From Candidatus Latescibacterota bacterium (GTDB lineage Bacteria; Latescibacterota; UBA2968; UBA8231): a stretch of 64,000 nt of DNA. The notes under the pieces were generated by a model. That model searched no databases. It worked only from the letters and a program-made list of their open reading frames with translations, and was not told where the DNA came from. Of this stretch, positions 47,965 to 58,412 are shown in pieces. The position numbers and the translations under genes are program-made. Position 1 is the first letter of the stretch, and each line of letters begins with the position of its first letter. The stretch is from the NCBI GenBank assembly GCA_965203355.1, contig OZ241889.1, forward strand, positions 32,001 through 96,000, in the 5' to 3' direction.

Positions 47965-49193
47965 CGCCCTTGCGCCAACAGGGCCGCGTGCCGCTTTTGG
48001 AAGGCCGCGCTGTGGTCGTCCTCAATCACCTCCAAATCGACGCCTTGCTCAAAGCCGGGGATGTTGCCAGCATAGAAGGCCCGCTGATAGTGGGCTTCAG
48101 CGGTGAACTCCCACTCCCGCGCTTTGCCGGCCCCTGGCCAGTACACGCGGAGGATGCGCTTTTGGGCCAGGTAGCGGTGTTTGGGCGTCGGCTCGGCGGG
48201 ATCCACTCGGTATTTTGCAATCGCCCCTTCATCTACGGAGACGCCCAAGCCAGGCGCGTCTGAAACCGGCATGTAGCCATCGCGGACTTCAATAGGCTCT
48301 TGCAGCAAATCGTCCTCCCACAGCTCGTGGCAGGTGATGTAGGGTAGTTGGGCATGAGAGAGCACCGCGCCGAGATGGGCCGCATAAGCAGTAGTAAAGC
48401 CCGCGCCGACGAGTTGGAGCCAAAAGGGCTTGTTGTGAGCGGCCGCCAGGGTTGCCGCCCGCCGGGTATCGGTCGCGCCGCCGCCGATGACGAACCCATC
48501 GCAGCAGTTGTTGCGCAGATATTGGTCTTGGTAGTGCTCGACAATGGGCTTGCGCACCCGCTCGCGCAAAATCCGCGCTCCATCCACGTCCGAGTGTAGA
48601 TAAAATGGGCTTTCGTACATGCCGACATTGGGGTTTTCGTCGAGCTGTTGCAGGATGATTTCGGCCTTAGCTTGGTTGAGCAAGAAGCCGTTGAAGTCAA
48701 CGTCGAACTTGTAGTCGGCCGGAACGACCTGGGCGACCGCGTCGGTTTGGGCGATGATGTCGCGCCAAGGGCGGGCCTTCATCTTAAAGCAGGTGTACCC
48801 GCGCTTTAGCGATTCCTCGGCCTCGGCAATCCAGTCTTGGGGCGGCATGTCTATATCCCACCAAGATATGGGACAGCGGTCGCGGAGCTTGACGCCGAGC
48901 AGTTCGTGTACGGGCACGCCGTTGTCTTGGCCCACGAGGTCGAGGCAGGCGACTTGCGGACCAAAGCCAATGTCGTCGCGGTTTATCAGGCTGGCCGGAT
49001 TTTGCCCGGCGAGGCCATCAACCGATGGCTGGCCGTGATGATGGTCGGCCCAGCCCACGAGGCCGTTGTCCGTCTCCAAGCGCACGACCCACACGCGCTC
49101 GTCGTGGGTGGAAGCGCGCTGCATGGCACGCGTGACGTGCTCGGCGTAAAAGGGGATGTTGAGCGCTATGGCTTCAGCGTGAGTGATTTTCAT
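47961..49193 (-). CDS. Mandelate racemase/muconate lactonizing enzyme family protein
   Basis: VRLETDNGLVGW, FKMK, VDFN, APGLGVSVDE. Confidence 0.88.
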   Translation of the reverse strand: MKITHAEAIALNIPFYAEHVTRAMQRASTHDERVWVVRLETDNGLVGWADHHHGQPSVDGLAGQNPASLINRDDIGFGPQVACLDLVGQDNGVPVHELLGVKLRDRCPISWWDIDMPPQDWIAEAEESLKRGYTCFKMKARPWRDIIAQTDAVAQVVPADYKFDVDFNGFLLNQAKAEIILQQLDENPNVGMYESPFYLHSDVDGARILRERVRKPIVEHYQDQYLRNNCCDGFVIGGGATDTRRAATLAAAHNKPFWLQLVGAGFTTAYAAHLGAVLSHAQLPYITCHELWEDDLLQEPIEVRDGYMPVSDAPGLGVSVDEGAIAKYRVDPAEPTPKHRYLAQKRILRVYWPGAGKAREWEFTAEAHYQRAFYAGNIPGFEQGVDLEVIEDDHSAAFQKRHAALLAQGR

Positions 49194-49297
49194 GCGGTCC
49201 TCCGCGGATGATGGGGGCACAAGTTGATGGACAGAAAACACGCAAAGATTGGCGTGTAAGCAACCACTAATTTAATCTCGCAAGGAAAGGTAACGCC

Positions 49298-50797
49298 ATG
49301 AGCAGAACGTATGAAACTTTTGTAGAGCACCTCCACGAGCTGGCCGACATAAACCACGCGCTGGGGCTGATGAGTTGGGACCAAGAGACCTATATGCCGC
49401 CGCGCGGCGCAGCCATGCGGGCCAGAGCGCTGGGGACCTTGGCCGGGCTGTACCACGAGCGGCTCACCGCCCCAGCGTTGGTCGCGCTCGTAGCCGACCT
49501 CAAGCATGCCGAGCTAACAGGCGACCCCGCGGTCAACGTCCGCGAAATCGACCGCCAGCAGAGCCGGGCGCTCAAGCTCCCCAAAAAGCTAGTCGTCGAA
49601 CTGAGCCAGACCGAATCCTTGGGGCACGAGGCTTGGATCGAGGCACGCCAAAAATCGGACTTCGCGCTCTTCCAGCCCTTGCTGGAGAAAATAGTCGCGC
49701 TCAAAAAGGAAGTAGCCGAGCGAGTCGGCTACGAAGGATCCATGTACAACGCGCTGCTCGACGAGTACGAGCCTTATGCGCGGGCCGAGGAAATCGCCCC
49801 GGTCTTTGCCCAGCTCAAAGCGCGACTCGTACCGCTCGTCAAACAAATCGCCGCCACCGGAAAATACCCAGCGCAGGGCGTCCTCGACCAAGAATATCCC
49901 ATTGAGCAACAGGTGCTTTTGGGACAACAAGTGCTGGCGGACCTCGGCTTCGACCTACAGGCCGGGCGGCTCGACTTGGCGGTGCATCCGTTTTGTTCGG
50001 GCACGTCCCGCGACGACGTCCGGCTGACGACGCGCTACCGGGCCGATTGGCTGCCCGGCGCGCTTTTTGGCACCATCCACGAGGCCGGGCACGGGCTATA
50101 CGAACAGGGGCTGCCCGCCGACGCCAGCAGCACCCCAGCCGGCGCGAGCATCTCGCTGGGGATCCACGAGTCGCAGTCGCGGCTGTGGGAGAACATGATC
50201 GGCCGCAGCAAAGCCTTTTGGACGCATTACCTGCCCAAGCTGCGATCCCTCTTTCCCCAGCAGCTCAACGCGGTCGATCTAGACGCCTTTTACGCGGCAG
50301 TCAATCAAGTCGAGCCATCGCTGATCCGGGTCGAGGCCGACGAGGTGACGTACAACCTCCACATCCTGCTGCGTTTTGAACTGGAATGCGACCTAATCGA
50401 AGGGCAAGTCGCCGTGGCCGAGCTGCCCGCGGCGTGGAACGAGCGGATGGAGCAATACTTGGGCATCGGTCCGCCCGACGACGCCCGCGGCGTCCTGCAA
50501 GACACGCACTGGTCCTGCGGCCTGCTGGGCTACTTTCCGACCTATGCTTTGGGCAACCTGTACGCCGCCCAGTTTTTTCATCAAGCCCACCAAGACTTGC
50601 CCGACCTCGAAGCGCAAATCGCGCAGGGCGCATTCGGGCCGCTCAAGACTTGGCTCAACGAAAAAATCCACGCCCGCGGCGCCCGGGTGACAGCCAGCGA
50701 ATTGGTCGAAGAGGTGACGGGCGCGAAGCTGAATGCCGATTACTTCATCGCCTATTTGCAGGAAAAGTTCGGGGCGCTCTACGGCCTCAGCCGATGA
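49298..50797 (+). CDS. Carboxypeptidase, M32 family
   Basis: HPF, HEAGHGLYEQG, HESQS, IRVEADE, GYFPTY. Confidence 0.96.
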   Translation: MSRTYETFVEHLHELADINHALGLMSWDQETYMPPRGAAMRARALGTLAGLYHERLTAPALVALVADLKHAELTGDPAVNVREIDRQQSRALKLPKKLVVELSQTESLGHEAWIEARQKSDFALFQPLLEKIVALKKEVAERVGYEGSMYNALLDEYEPYARAEEIAPVFAQLKARLVPLVKQIAATGKYPAQGVLDQEYPIEQQVLLGQQVLADLGFDLQAGRLDLAVHPFCSGTSRDDVRLTTRYRADWLPGALFGTIHEAGHGLYEQGLPADASSTPAGASISLGIHESQSRLWENMIGRSKAFWTHYLPKLRSLFPQQLNAVDLDAFYAAVNQVEPSLIRVEADEVTYNLHILLRFELECDLIEGQVAVAELPAAWNERMEQYLGIGPPDDARGVLQDTHWSCGLLGYFPTYALGNLYAAQFFHQAHQDLPDLEAQIAQGAFGPLKTWLNEKIHARGARVTASELVEEVTGAKLNADYFIAYLQEKFGALYGLSR

Positions 50798-51815
50798 CCT
50801 GTCGCAGGAATCGCAGTTGGTTCGCGCCGAGAATTTTGCGGACATCGGCCTCGGCATAGCCGCGCGCGGCCAGGCCCACCGCAATGTCCGGCAGGCAGGT
50901 CGCGTCGGCTACGAGCAAACCGCCGCCGTCAAAATCCGAGCCCAAGCCGACGTGGTCGATGCCAGCGACCGCGACCGCGTGCTCAACGTGGTCGAGCAAG
51001 CCGTCGAAGGTAGGGTTGTGCGCGTCGATAAAGTCCGGGACAAAGGTGATAGCCACGACCCCGCCCTTTTCGGCGAGGGCGCACAACTGCTCATCCCCGA
51101 GGTTGCGCGGGTGATCGCAGAGGGCGCGGCAGCAACTATGGGTGGCCATAAAGGGCGCTTGGGCCGCTCGGGCCACGTCCCAAAAGCCCGGCTCGTTGAG
51201 ATGGGAGACATCGACGACCACGCCCAACTCGTTCATCTGCGCCAAGAGCTGGCGGCCAAAGCCGGTTAAACCGCTACCCCCGGCGACCTCGCAGCCATCT
51301 CCGGCCCAAGAGCGAGTGCTGTGGGTGAGGGTCATGGCGCGGACGCCCAATCGGTAGAGCAGCGGCAGGATGTGGGGGCTTTTCTCCAGCGCATCGCTGT
51401 TTTCCACGGCCAGTATGGCCGCGAGCCGACCCTCGGCGCGGGCGCGCTCAAGGTCCGCCGCACAACGCGCCACGGCCACGCGCTCGCGGTGCTCTTCCAC
51501 TTCCTGCAAAAAATAACCCAAGGCATCCATGCAGTAGAGCAAGTGATTGCCCCAAGGACGGGTGCAGTCAACGGCAAAAAACGCCGCGTCCAGCCCGCCC
51601 TCGCGCGCCTTGGGCAAATCGAGCTGAACGCCGTCGCTCCGCGACAGGTACTGCCGCAGATAAGCGACCGCTCCAGTGCGCTGGTGAAGATCCGCGTGCT
51701 GAGTGCCGTCTAAAGACATGCCCCGGCGGATCAGCGCGACGATGCTGTCGTTGTGCGCGTCGATGACTAAGGCGTCTTGGTGTAGGGCGCGGGCGGTCTG
51801 TTCGTCCATTGGCAT
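50787..51815 (-). CDS. Dipeptidase, M19 family
   Basis: DAHND, VDVSH, HPRNL, GLGSDFDG. Confidence 0.94.
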   Translation of the reverse strand: MPMDEQTARALHQDALVIDAHNDSIVALIRRGMSLDGTQHADLHQRTGAVAYLRQYLSRSDGVQLDLPKAREGGLDAAFFAVDCTRPWGNHLLYCMDALGYFLQEVEEHRERVAVARCAADLERARAEGRLAAILAVENSDALEKSPHILPLLYRLGVRAMTLTHSTRSWAGDGCEVAGGSGLTGFGRQLLAQMNELGVVVDVSHLNEPGFWDVARAAQAPFMATHSCCRALCDHPRNLGDEQLCALAEKGGVVAITFVPDFIDAHNPTFDGLLDHVEHAVAVAGIDHVGLGSDFDGGGLLVADATCLPDIAVGLAARGYAEADVRKILGANQLRFLRQVIG

Positions 51816-51913
51816 TATTGCGTCTCCATACTCAAAGGCCCGCAACGCGCCGTTTCCGACCATCAGCACGATTGGGTCCTGACAACATCGTTAAAAGAGA
51901 ATGTACCGCCTGA

Positions 51914-51979
51914 GAGGCGTTTTAAAAACGCTCGTCGACCGCTGTTTTCCGCGGGCGAGTAGGGCCATAAAAACGCTTC
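51914..51979. mobile_element. Short MITE-like element with a TGA target-site duplication
   Basis: TGA|GAGGCGTTTTAAAA...TAAAAACGCTTC|TGA; internal GTTTTCCGCGGGCGAG is the reverse complement (one mismatch) of the core of the 35260 element. Confidence 0.55.
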
Positions 51980-52054
51980 TGATCGGCTTGCCATGGCGTC
52001 AGGGAGAAAAGTCGCTATCGCCGTGCGTATTCTCTGTGGCAAAACCAGCGGGCG

Positions 52055-53041
52055 CTAAGCCATGTACTCGTCGAAATCAATTACCACGCCTCGCTCTGAC
52101 GAAGCCCCTAAGGCGTTGATAAGGCCGACAGTAGCCAAATTGCGCGGGCCTGAGAAAGGCGGCTCCACGTCGTTGAGCACGTAGTCGCGAAACCCGTCTA
52201 AGAGGATTTCTTCGGGATGGGGATTGTCGTCCATCGGCACGATCTCGTCGGCATCGGCTCCGGGCCGCCGGATCGCCAAGCCGCCAGCGGTCTCTTCGAC
52301 CGTGCCCTGTTCGCAGTCGAGCCGCCAGCCAGCACCGCCTTTGTGCGTGGCAAAGGTGCATTGGAAGTTGAACGTGGTGCCGTTGTGGAACTCGATCCAG
52401 CCGTCGATGGCCGCGCCGCCGCTATACGGACTCCAAGGCGGATTGAAACTGTGGCAGAACAGCCGGCGCGGCTCGGAGTCGAGCAGATGGCGCAACTGAT
52501 CGAAGTCGTGGATGCCGCGCTCCCACAAGTAGGCGTGCTGGTCCGCGCCCGAATGATGCACCCGCGGACGCCAGCCGTATTTGGTCATCAAGCCAAAGGA
52601 AGGCCGGCCTAAGTCGCCGCTTTGCAGCAAGCGGCGGATGGTTAAAACCGGCGGATAGTAGCGGGCGTTTTGGGTGACGGCGACCTTGCAGCCGCGCTCG
52701 CGCGCCTCGGCGACGATTTGCCGCGCTTGGCTGAGATCTTTGGTAAAGGGCTTTTCCACCAGCACGTGCTTGCCCGCGCGGACCGCCGCCAAACACTGAG
52801 CGGCGTGCAAGTCGGGCGGCGTAATCACCACCACGGCGTCCGCATCAACAGCTTGCAAGGCATCGGCGAGCGTAGCAAAACACGCCTCTGCGCCTAGGCC
52901 GGTAGTTCCCCGCGCTGTGGCGAGGTTCTCCTCATTGACATCGACTAAGGCGACGGCCGCAAAGTCAATGCGGTCGCGAAAGCGATTCAGGGGCCAGCGG
53001 CCGCGGCCACCAACCCCTAAGTGGATCGTGCGAATAGTCAT
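52055..53041 (-). CDS. Gfo/Idh/MocA family oxidoreductase
   Basis: LGVGGRG, GKHVLVEKP, IHDFD. Confidence 0.9.
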   Translation of the reverse strand: MTIRTIHLGVGGRGRWPLNRFRDRIDFAAVALVDVNEENLATARGTTGLGAEACFATLADALQAVDADAVVVITPPDLHAAQCLAAVRAGKHVLVEKPFTKDLSQARQIVAEARERGCKVAVTQNARYYPPVLTIRRLLQSGDLGRPSFGLMTKYGWRPRVHHSGADQHAYLWERGIHDFDQLRHLLDSEPRRLFCHSFNPPWSPYSGGAAIDGWIEFHNGTTFNFQCTFATHKGGAGWRLDCEQGTVEETAGGLAIRRPGADADEIVPMDDNPHPEEILLDGFRDYVLNDVEPPFSGPRNLATVGLINALGASSERGVVIDFDEYMA

Positions 53042-53043
53042 GA

Positions 53044-54525
53044 TCAACTCCAATCAAGGGCTAGCTGGGTCAACAGGCGCACGCCAATGCCGACGCCGCC
53101 TCGCGGTACATAGGGTTTGGCCTTGTCGCACCAAGCCGTGCCGGCAATGTCGAGATGCGCCCAAGGATAGTCGGCAAACTCGGCCAACAGCGCCGCGGCC
53201 GTGCTGGCACCTGCTGGCCGACCGCCCGAGTTTTTCATATCCGCGATGTCGCTGTCGATCTGGTCGCGGTACTCGGGCCACAGCGGCAGACGCCAGAGCC
53301 GCTCGCCCGTCTGCTTTCCGGCCGCGAGCAACCGATCCGCCAAGTCGTCGTCGTTGGCAAACAGGCCCGAAGCGTGGTGCCCCAGCGCCGTTACGCAAGC
53401 ACCGGTAAGGGTGGCCAGATCGACGACCGCGGCCGGCTCGTACCGAGTCGCATAGGCGAGGGCGTCGGCCAAGACGAGGCGTCCTTCGGCGTCCGTGCTG
53501 ACGATCTCGATGGTCTTACCCGCGAGCGTGCGCAGCACATCGTCCGGGCGGAAGGCGGTGCTGGAGGGCATGTTCTCGGCCGCGGCAATCAGGCCGACGA
53601 TCCGCCGCTTGAGCCCGAGCGCGGCCACCGCCTGCATCGCGCCCAAGACAGCCGCCGCACCAGACATGTCGGTCTTCATCGTGCGGATGCCCTCGACGTT
53701 CTTGAGCGAGAGGCCGCCGCTGTCAAAGGTGATGCCTTTGCCGACAAACACCAGCGGCTCCCCTTTGCGAGGGCCATGCTCAAGGACGATAAAACGCGGC
53801 TTGTTGGCACTGCCCTGCCCAACCGCCACTAGGGCACCCATGCCGAGCTCGACCAAGCCCTTGACGCTGAAGACCCGACAGCGCAGATCGTGGGTTTTGG
53901 CCAAGCGGCGGGCCGTGCGCGCTAGGTAAGCCGGTGTAACCTCGCCGCCGGGATGATTGACCAAATCGCGGGCCAAACAGGTGGCCTCGGCGAGCGCACG
54001 GCCCCGGCCAACACCGCGCCGCACTTCCTTGAGCTTGGCCGCGTCAAATTCTACGATGCACAGCTTGGCCAACGACTGCGGGCGGGGCCGCGTGCGGTAC
54101 TCGTCAAAGCGATAGGCCGCCAACAGCGAGGCTTCGGCCACGGCTTGGGCTACCGCCTCGACCGATAGGCCGCCCGCGCCAGCACCGTGCAGGATGGTGG
54201 CCGCGCGCTCGGCGCCCAAACGGCTGATGGTGCCAATGGCCGTGCCCGCGGCGCGGCGCACCGCTTCGAGGTCAAAGCCCTCCGGCTCGCCCAAGCCAAC
54301 GACGAGGACGCGCCGGGCTGGAAACGGCTTCTGCGCGTAGAGCAACAAGGTCTCGCCCGCATCGCCCCGGAAATCCCCCAAGTCAATCGCCGCCGAGATT
54401 TGACCGTCTAAGGCTTGGTCAACCGCACCCGTCGCCCCGGCCGGGCGCGCTCCGGCAAAGAGGTTGACTACGAGGACATCCGATTCCTGTTTTTGAATAG
54501 CTCCCTGTAGTACTTTAATGTTCAT
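53044..54525 (-). CDS. pepA: Leucyl aminopeptidase, M17 family
   Basis: VGKGITFDSGG, MKTDMSGAA, TDAEGRLVLAD, HLDIAG. Confidence 0.96.
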   Translation of the reverse strand: MNIKVLQGAIQKQESDVLVVNLFAGARPAGATGAVDQALDGQISAAIDLGDFRGDAGETLLLYAQKPFPARRVLVVGLGEPEGFDLEAVRRAAGTAIGTISRLGAERAATILHGAGAGGLSVEAVAQAVAEASLLAAYRFDEYRTRPRPQSLAKLCIVEFDAAKLKEVRRGVGRGRALAEATCLARDLVNHPGGEVTPAYLARTARRLAKTHDLRCRVFSVKGLVELGMGALVAVGQGSANKPRFIVLEHGPRKGEPLVFVGKGITFDSGGLSLKNVEGIRTMKTDMSGAAAVLGAMQAVAALGLKRRIVGLIAAAENMPSSTAFRPDDVLRTLAGKTIEIVSTDAEGRLVLADALAYATRYEPAAVVDLATLTGACVTALGHHASGLFANDDDLADRLLAAGKQTGERLWRLPLWPEYRDQIDSDIADMKNSGGRPAGASTAAALLAEFADYPWAHLDIAGTAWCDKAKPYVPRGGVGIGVRLLTQLALDWS

Positions 54526-54608
54526 AATGGCTCAGGGTTAAAGGGTTAATAGTCAGCGGGACTAACTACCGACCTAGCCCTACTACTGTCAAGGATGCTA
54601 CGGATTTG

Positions 54609-55988
54609 ATGGAAAACGCCGCCCTCATAGGCGATCTCGGCACCTTCTTGCGCCCGGATCAACTGCTAACCTCGGACGAAGATTGCAGCGTCTATGCCTT
54701 CGACGGGACCGCCCTGCTACACCAGCGCCCTGCTTGCGTGGCGTTGCCGGAGAGCCGGGAAGAGGTCGCCCAACTTTTGGCTCTGTGCAACCAGCGCGGC
54801 GTACCCGTGGTGCCGCGCGGATCGGGCACGGGATTGGCCGGGGGGTCGGTTCCCCCGCCAGGCGGGGTCGCGCTCTGCTTGGTCCGGCTCAACCAGATAT
54901 TAGAACTAGACGCGGCCAATCTAGTCATGGTCGTCCAGCCGGGCGTCCTCACTCAGCAGATCGCCGACGCGGCCCAAGCCGCTGGCCTATTTTACCCCCC
55001 GGATCCGGGCTCAATTAAGATCTCGACTATCGGCGGCAATGTCGCCAACAATTCCGGGGGGCTGCGCGGGTTAAAATACGGGGTGACGCGCGACTACGTG
55101 ATGGGGCTGGAAGTGGTACTCGCGGACGGGCAGGTCTTGGAGACCGGCAACAAATGCGTCAAAGATGTGGCGGGTTTCGCGCTCAAAGACCTATTCATCG
55201 GCTCCGAGGGGATGCTCGGCGTCATCACCAAAATCGCGCTGAAACTGGTCCCCGCACCGGCCAGCAAAAAAACCTTGCTCGGCCTCTACGACGAGATGAC
55301 GCAGGCGGCGACCACGGTCTCGGCGATTATCGCGCAAAAAATCATTCCCTGCACCCTTGAGTTTCTCGACCGCACTACCATCGAATGCGTGGAGGCCCAC
55401 GCCGGCATTGGCCTGCCGACGGATTGCGAGGCCGTGCTGCTGATGGAAGTCGATGGACACCCCGCGCAGGTCGCCGAACAGGCCGCTCAGATCGAGGCCA
55501 TTGCCCGCGAGGGCGGCGCCCGCTCGGTGCGACTAGCCGCCTCAGACGCCGAGGCCCAGCAACTCGCCGCGGCCCGGCGCACGGCCTTTAGCGCACTGGC
55601 GCGACGAGCACCAACGGTCGTGCTGGAAGACATCACCGTGCCGCGCAGCGCGCTAGCAGCCATGGTCGCCCATGTGCAGGCCGTCGGCCAGCGGCACCAA
55701 GTGCAGGTGGGGACCTTCGGCCACTTTGGCGACGGCAACCTGCACCCCACCTTCCTGTGCGACGAGCGTGACGCCGAGGAAATGGCCCGCGTCGAAAAGG
55801 CCCTAGCCGAGGTTTTTGCCCACGCCGTAGCATTGGGTGGGACCATTACGGGCGAGCACGGCGTCGGCCTAGCCAAAAAACCCTACTTGCCCAAGCAACT
55901 CGGGCCAGTGGGACTAGCCCTTCTCAAGCGGGTCAAAACCGCCTTCGACCCCAACGACATCTTAAACCGCGGGAACATGTTCGATTGA
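54609..55988 (+). CDS. glcD: FAD-linked oxidase, glycolate oxidase subunit GlcD-like
   Basis: PRGSGTGLAGG, YPPDPGS, GSEGMLG, GDGNLH, TGEHGVG. Confidence 0.9.
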   Translation: MENAALIGDLGTFLRPDQLLTSDEDCSVYAFDGTALLHQRPACVALPESREEVAQLLALCNQRGVPVVPRGSGTGLAGGSVPPPGGVALCLVRLNQILELDAANLVMVVQPGVLTQQIADAAQAAGLFYPPDPGSIKISTIGGNVANNSGGLRGLKYGVTRDYVMGLEVVLADGQVLETGNKCVKDVAGFALKDLFIGSEGMLGVITKIALKLVPAPASKKTLLGLYDEMTQAATTVSAIIAQKIIPCTLEFLDRTTIECVEAHAGIGLPTDCEAVLLMEVDGHPAQVAEQAAQIEAIAREGGARSVRLAASDAEAQQLAAARRTAFSALARRAPTVVLEDITVPRSALAAMVAHVQAVGQRHQVQVGTFGHFGDGNLHPTFLCDERDAEEMARVEKALAEVFAHAVALGGTITGEHGVGLAKKPYLPKQLGPVGLALLKRVKTAFDPNDILNRGNMFD

Positions 55989-57325
55989 GCAACGACGGCC
56001 TGAACTTACTCCGAGACTTGGATTACTCGGTCCTCCAGCAGTGCATGCACTGCGGCCTCTGCCTGCCGACCTGCCCGACGTACGACGCGACCCTGCAAGA
56101 GCGCTCGTCGCCACGGGGGCGGATCGCCATGATGCGGGCCATCGCCGATGGCAAGCTAGAGGCCAGTACGGCCTTTGCCGAAGAGATGTACTTCTGCCTC
56201 GGTTGCCTCGCCTGCCAGACCGCGTGCCCGGCTGGCGTGGATTACGCCGCGCTCTTTGAAACGGCCCGCGCCGAAGTGGAGCGACAGGGCCTACTCGACC
56301 GCACCGTGCGGAACTTCGTGCGGCGTTGGGTCCTCGGCTGGCTCTTTGCCAAACAGACGCGCCTGCGGGCCGTGGCGCGTTTGCTGCGCGTATTCCAGCG
56401 CAGCGGCCTGCAAACATGGGCGCGCCGCAGCGGCCTGCTCAGACTGATGCCCTTTGGCCTGGGGGACTTAGAGCCGCTGGCCCCACAGATTTCTCGGCGC
56501 TTTACCGACCAACTCTATCGCCAACACTTGCAGCGGGAAAACCCACCCGCACCGCGCTACCGGGTCGCGCTGTTGGCCGGCTGCGTTCAAGACCTATCCT
56601 TTGCCGAGGTAAACGCCGATACAATATGCGTCTTGCAGCACAACGGCTGCCAAGTGCTGCTGCCGGAGGGCCAAGCGTGTTGCGGCTCGCTGCACGCGCA
56701 CAACGGCGCAGTCGAACAGGCGCGGCAACAGGCGCGGCGCAACCTCGACGCCTTTGACGCTGAAAACCTCGACGCCATCGTCGCCAACGCCGGCGGCTGC
56801 GGCTTGCACTGCAAGCACTACGACCGCTTGCTCGCCGACGATCCCATCTATGCCGAGCGAGCCGCTGTGTGGAGCGCAAAGGCAAAAGACGTCCACGAGT
56901 GGCTCGCCGACATCGGCTTGCGCCCGCCCCGCGCCGCCATGCCCCCACAAAAGGTCGCCTACCACGAGTCGTGCCACCTCAAACACGGGCAGCGGGTTTC
57001 CGCCGCCCCGCTCCAAGTGCTCCAAGCCGTGCCGAACTTGCAGCTCGTGCCGCTGGCAGAAGCCGACTGGTGCTGCGGCAGCGCTGGCATCTACAACATC
57101 ACCCAGCCCGAACTATCCATGCAGCTACTCGACCGCAAAATGGCGCACGTGTGTGCGACGGGCGCGACCGCCGTAGCCACGGGCAACACGGGCTGCGCCA
57201 TCCAACTCCAATACGGCGTCCGCCGGGCAAACGCCGCCGTGGCCGTCGTCCATCCCGTGTCGCTTTTAGCCGCAGTCTATCGCGCTGAAAACCAAGGAGG
57301 AACGCCATGCAACACTTTGGCCTAA
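55985..57325 (+). CDS. glcF: Glycolate oxidase Fe-S subunit GlcF-like
   Basis: Two CxxCxxCxxxCP motifs and two CCG domains. Confidence 0.9.
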   Translation: MSNDGLNLLRDLDYSVLQQCMHCGLCLPTCPTYDATLQERSSPRGRIAMMRAIADGKLEASTAFAEEMYFCLGCLACQTACPAGVDYAALFETARAEVERQGLLDRTVRNFVRRWVLGWLFAKQTRLRAVARLLRVFQRSGLQTWARRSGLLRLMPFGLGDLEPLAPQISRRFTDQLYRQHLQRENPPAPRYRVALLAGCVQDLSFAEVNADTICVLQHNGCQVLLPEGQACCGSLHAHNGAVEQARQQARRNLDAFDAENLDAIVANAGGCGLHCKHYDRLLADDPIYAERAAVWSAKAKDVHEWLADIGLRPPRAAMPPQKVAYHESCHLKHGQRVSAAPLQVLQAVPNLQLVPLAEADWCCGSAGIYNITQPELSMQLLDRKMAHVCATGATAVATGNTGCAIQLQYGVRRANAAVAVVHPVSLLAAVYRAENQGGTPCNTLA

Positions 57326-57651
57326 CCATTGAGCTGAAGGACGATCCCGAACAGATCGCCCAATACAAAGCCTACCACGCCGATCCTTGGCCCGAACCAC
57401 TTCAGGGCCTGGGCGAGGTCGGCATCACCGACATGAAAATTTTTCTCTTGGGCCAGCGGATGTTCATGTACATGACCGCGACCGACGAGTTCGATCCAAC
57501 CCGCGACTTCCCGCGCTACGTCGAGCAAAACCCCAAGGCAAAGGAGTGGGACGAACTGATGCGAACCTTTCAGCAGCAGGTGCCCGAGGCCAAAGCGGGC
57601 GAGTGGTGGGCCAATATGGAACTCGTGTTTGACTTGCAACTACACGTGTGA
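57307..57651 (+). CDS. L-rhamnose mutarotase family protein
   Basis: YKAYHADPWPE, GITDMKIF, WANMELVFDL. Confidence 0.85.
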   Translation: MQHFGLTIELKDDPEQIAQYKAYHADPWPEPLQGLGEVGITDMKIFLLGQRMFMYMTATDEFDPTRDFPRYVEQNPKAKEWDELMRTFQQQVPEAKAGEWWANMELVFDLQLHV

Positions 57652-57714
57652 GAGGCGATGCGGTTGTGCGCGTCAAGCAACAGCCAATAGACTATTCGAC
57701 CGGAGGAACTAGCA

Positions 57715-58410
57715 ATGAGAATTGAACCCGAAATCGCCAGCGTTTCGCTCGTCGTGCTTGGCCGTTTTAATCCTGCTATTTTCACCCCCGCGTGGTTCGG
57801 ATGGAATGGGCTTCTTCCCGAAAAGACGGTCAAAATTGCAGGTACGAAAATCGTCCATCCTCAAATCGCGATATTCGAGGCGGATTGGCTCAATCTGCAT
57901 GTCCAACCAGAATCCTTCCAAATCAACACGACTCAGGCTCCTTATGTTCGCCTGCGGGACTTGGCTGCCCGTATTTTCCGAGACCACCTTCCCCATACGC
58001 CACTTAGAGTATTGGGAATTAACCGAGAAGTACACTTTTCCGTGCGGAGCTTTTCCGTGCGAGATCAGCTCGGTAGATTGCTAGCACCGGTCGAACCATG
58101 GGGAGACTGGGGCCGGGAACTGGAACCGGACGGAGAGCATGGTGGAATGGCTTCCCTCACGATGAGACAAGTAAATCCGCAAGGCAGGCCGCTGGGCGGA
58201 CAAATAAACGCGACCGTAGAACCATCCAACCGGATCGGCCAAGGCCGTCTCGGTGTTTACGTTCAGGTCAACGACCACTATACTATTGAAGACGTAGAAA
58301 GCCAGATGGGAACCAGCAGTATCGTCGATCTGCTAGAGGATAACTTCGACGAATCTCTGCGCCGCGCCGACCAAATCATCGATCACATTATGTCTTTAAC
58401 GGAGGAATAA
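57715..58410 (+). CDS. Hypothetical protein, first gene of a three-gene cassette
   Basis: GGAGGA RBS; N-terminal LGRFNPAIFTPAW, GINREVHF and C-terminal VNDHY; family not confidently recognised. Confidence 0.8.
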   Translation: MRIEPEIASVSLVVLGRFNPAIFTPAWFGWNGLLPEKTVKIAGTKIVHPQIAIFEADWLNLHVQPESFQINTTQAPYVRLRDLAARIFRDHLPHTPLRVLGINREVHFSVRSFSVRDQLGRLLAPVEPWGDWGRELEPDGEHGGMASLTMRQVNPQGRPLGGQINATVEPSNRIGQGRLGVYVQVNDHYTIEDVESQMGTSSIVDLLEDNFDESLRRADQIIDHIMSLTEE

Positions 58411-58412
58411 GG

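Noticed and set aside
52438-52449. GCGGATTGAAAC matching the 3' end of the CRISPR repeat
   Set aside because: Only 12 nt, no hairpin, and it lies inside an oxidoreductase CDS (SFNP codons); likely chance
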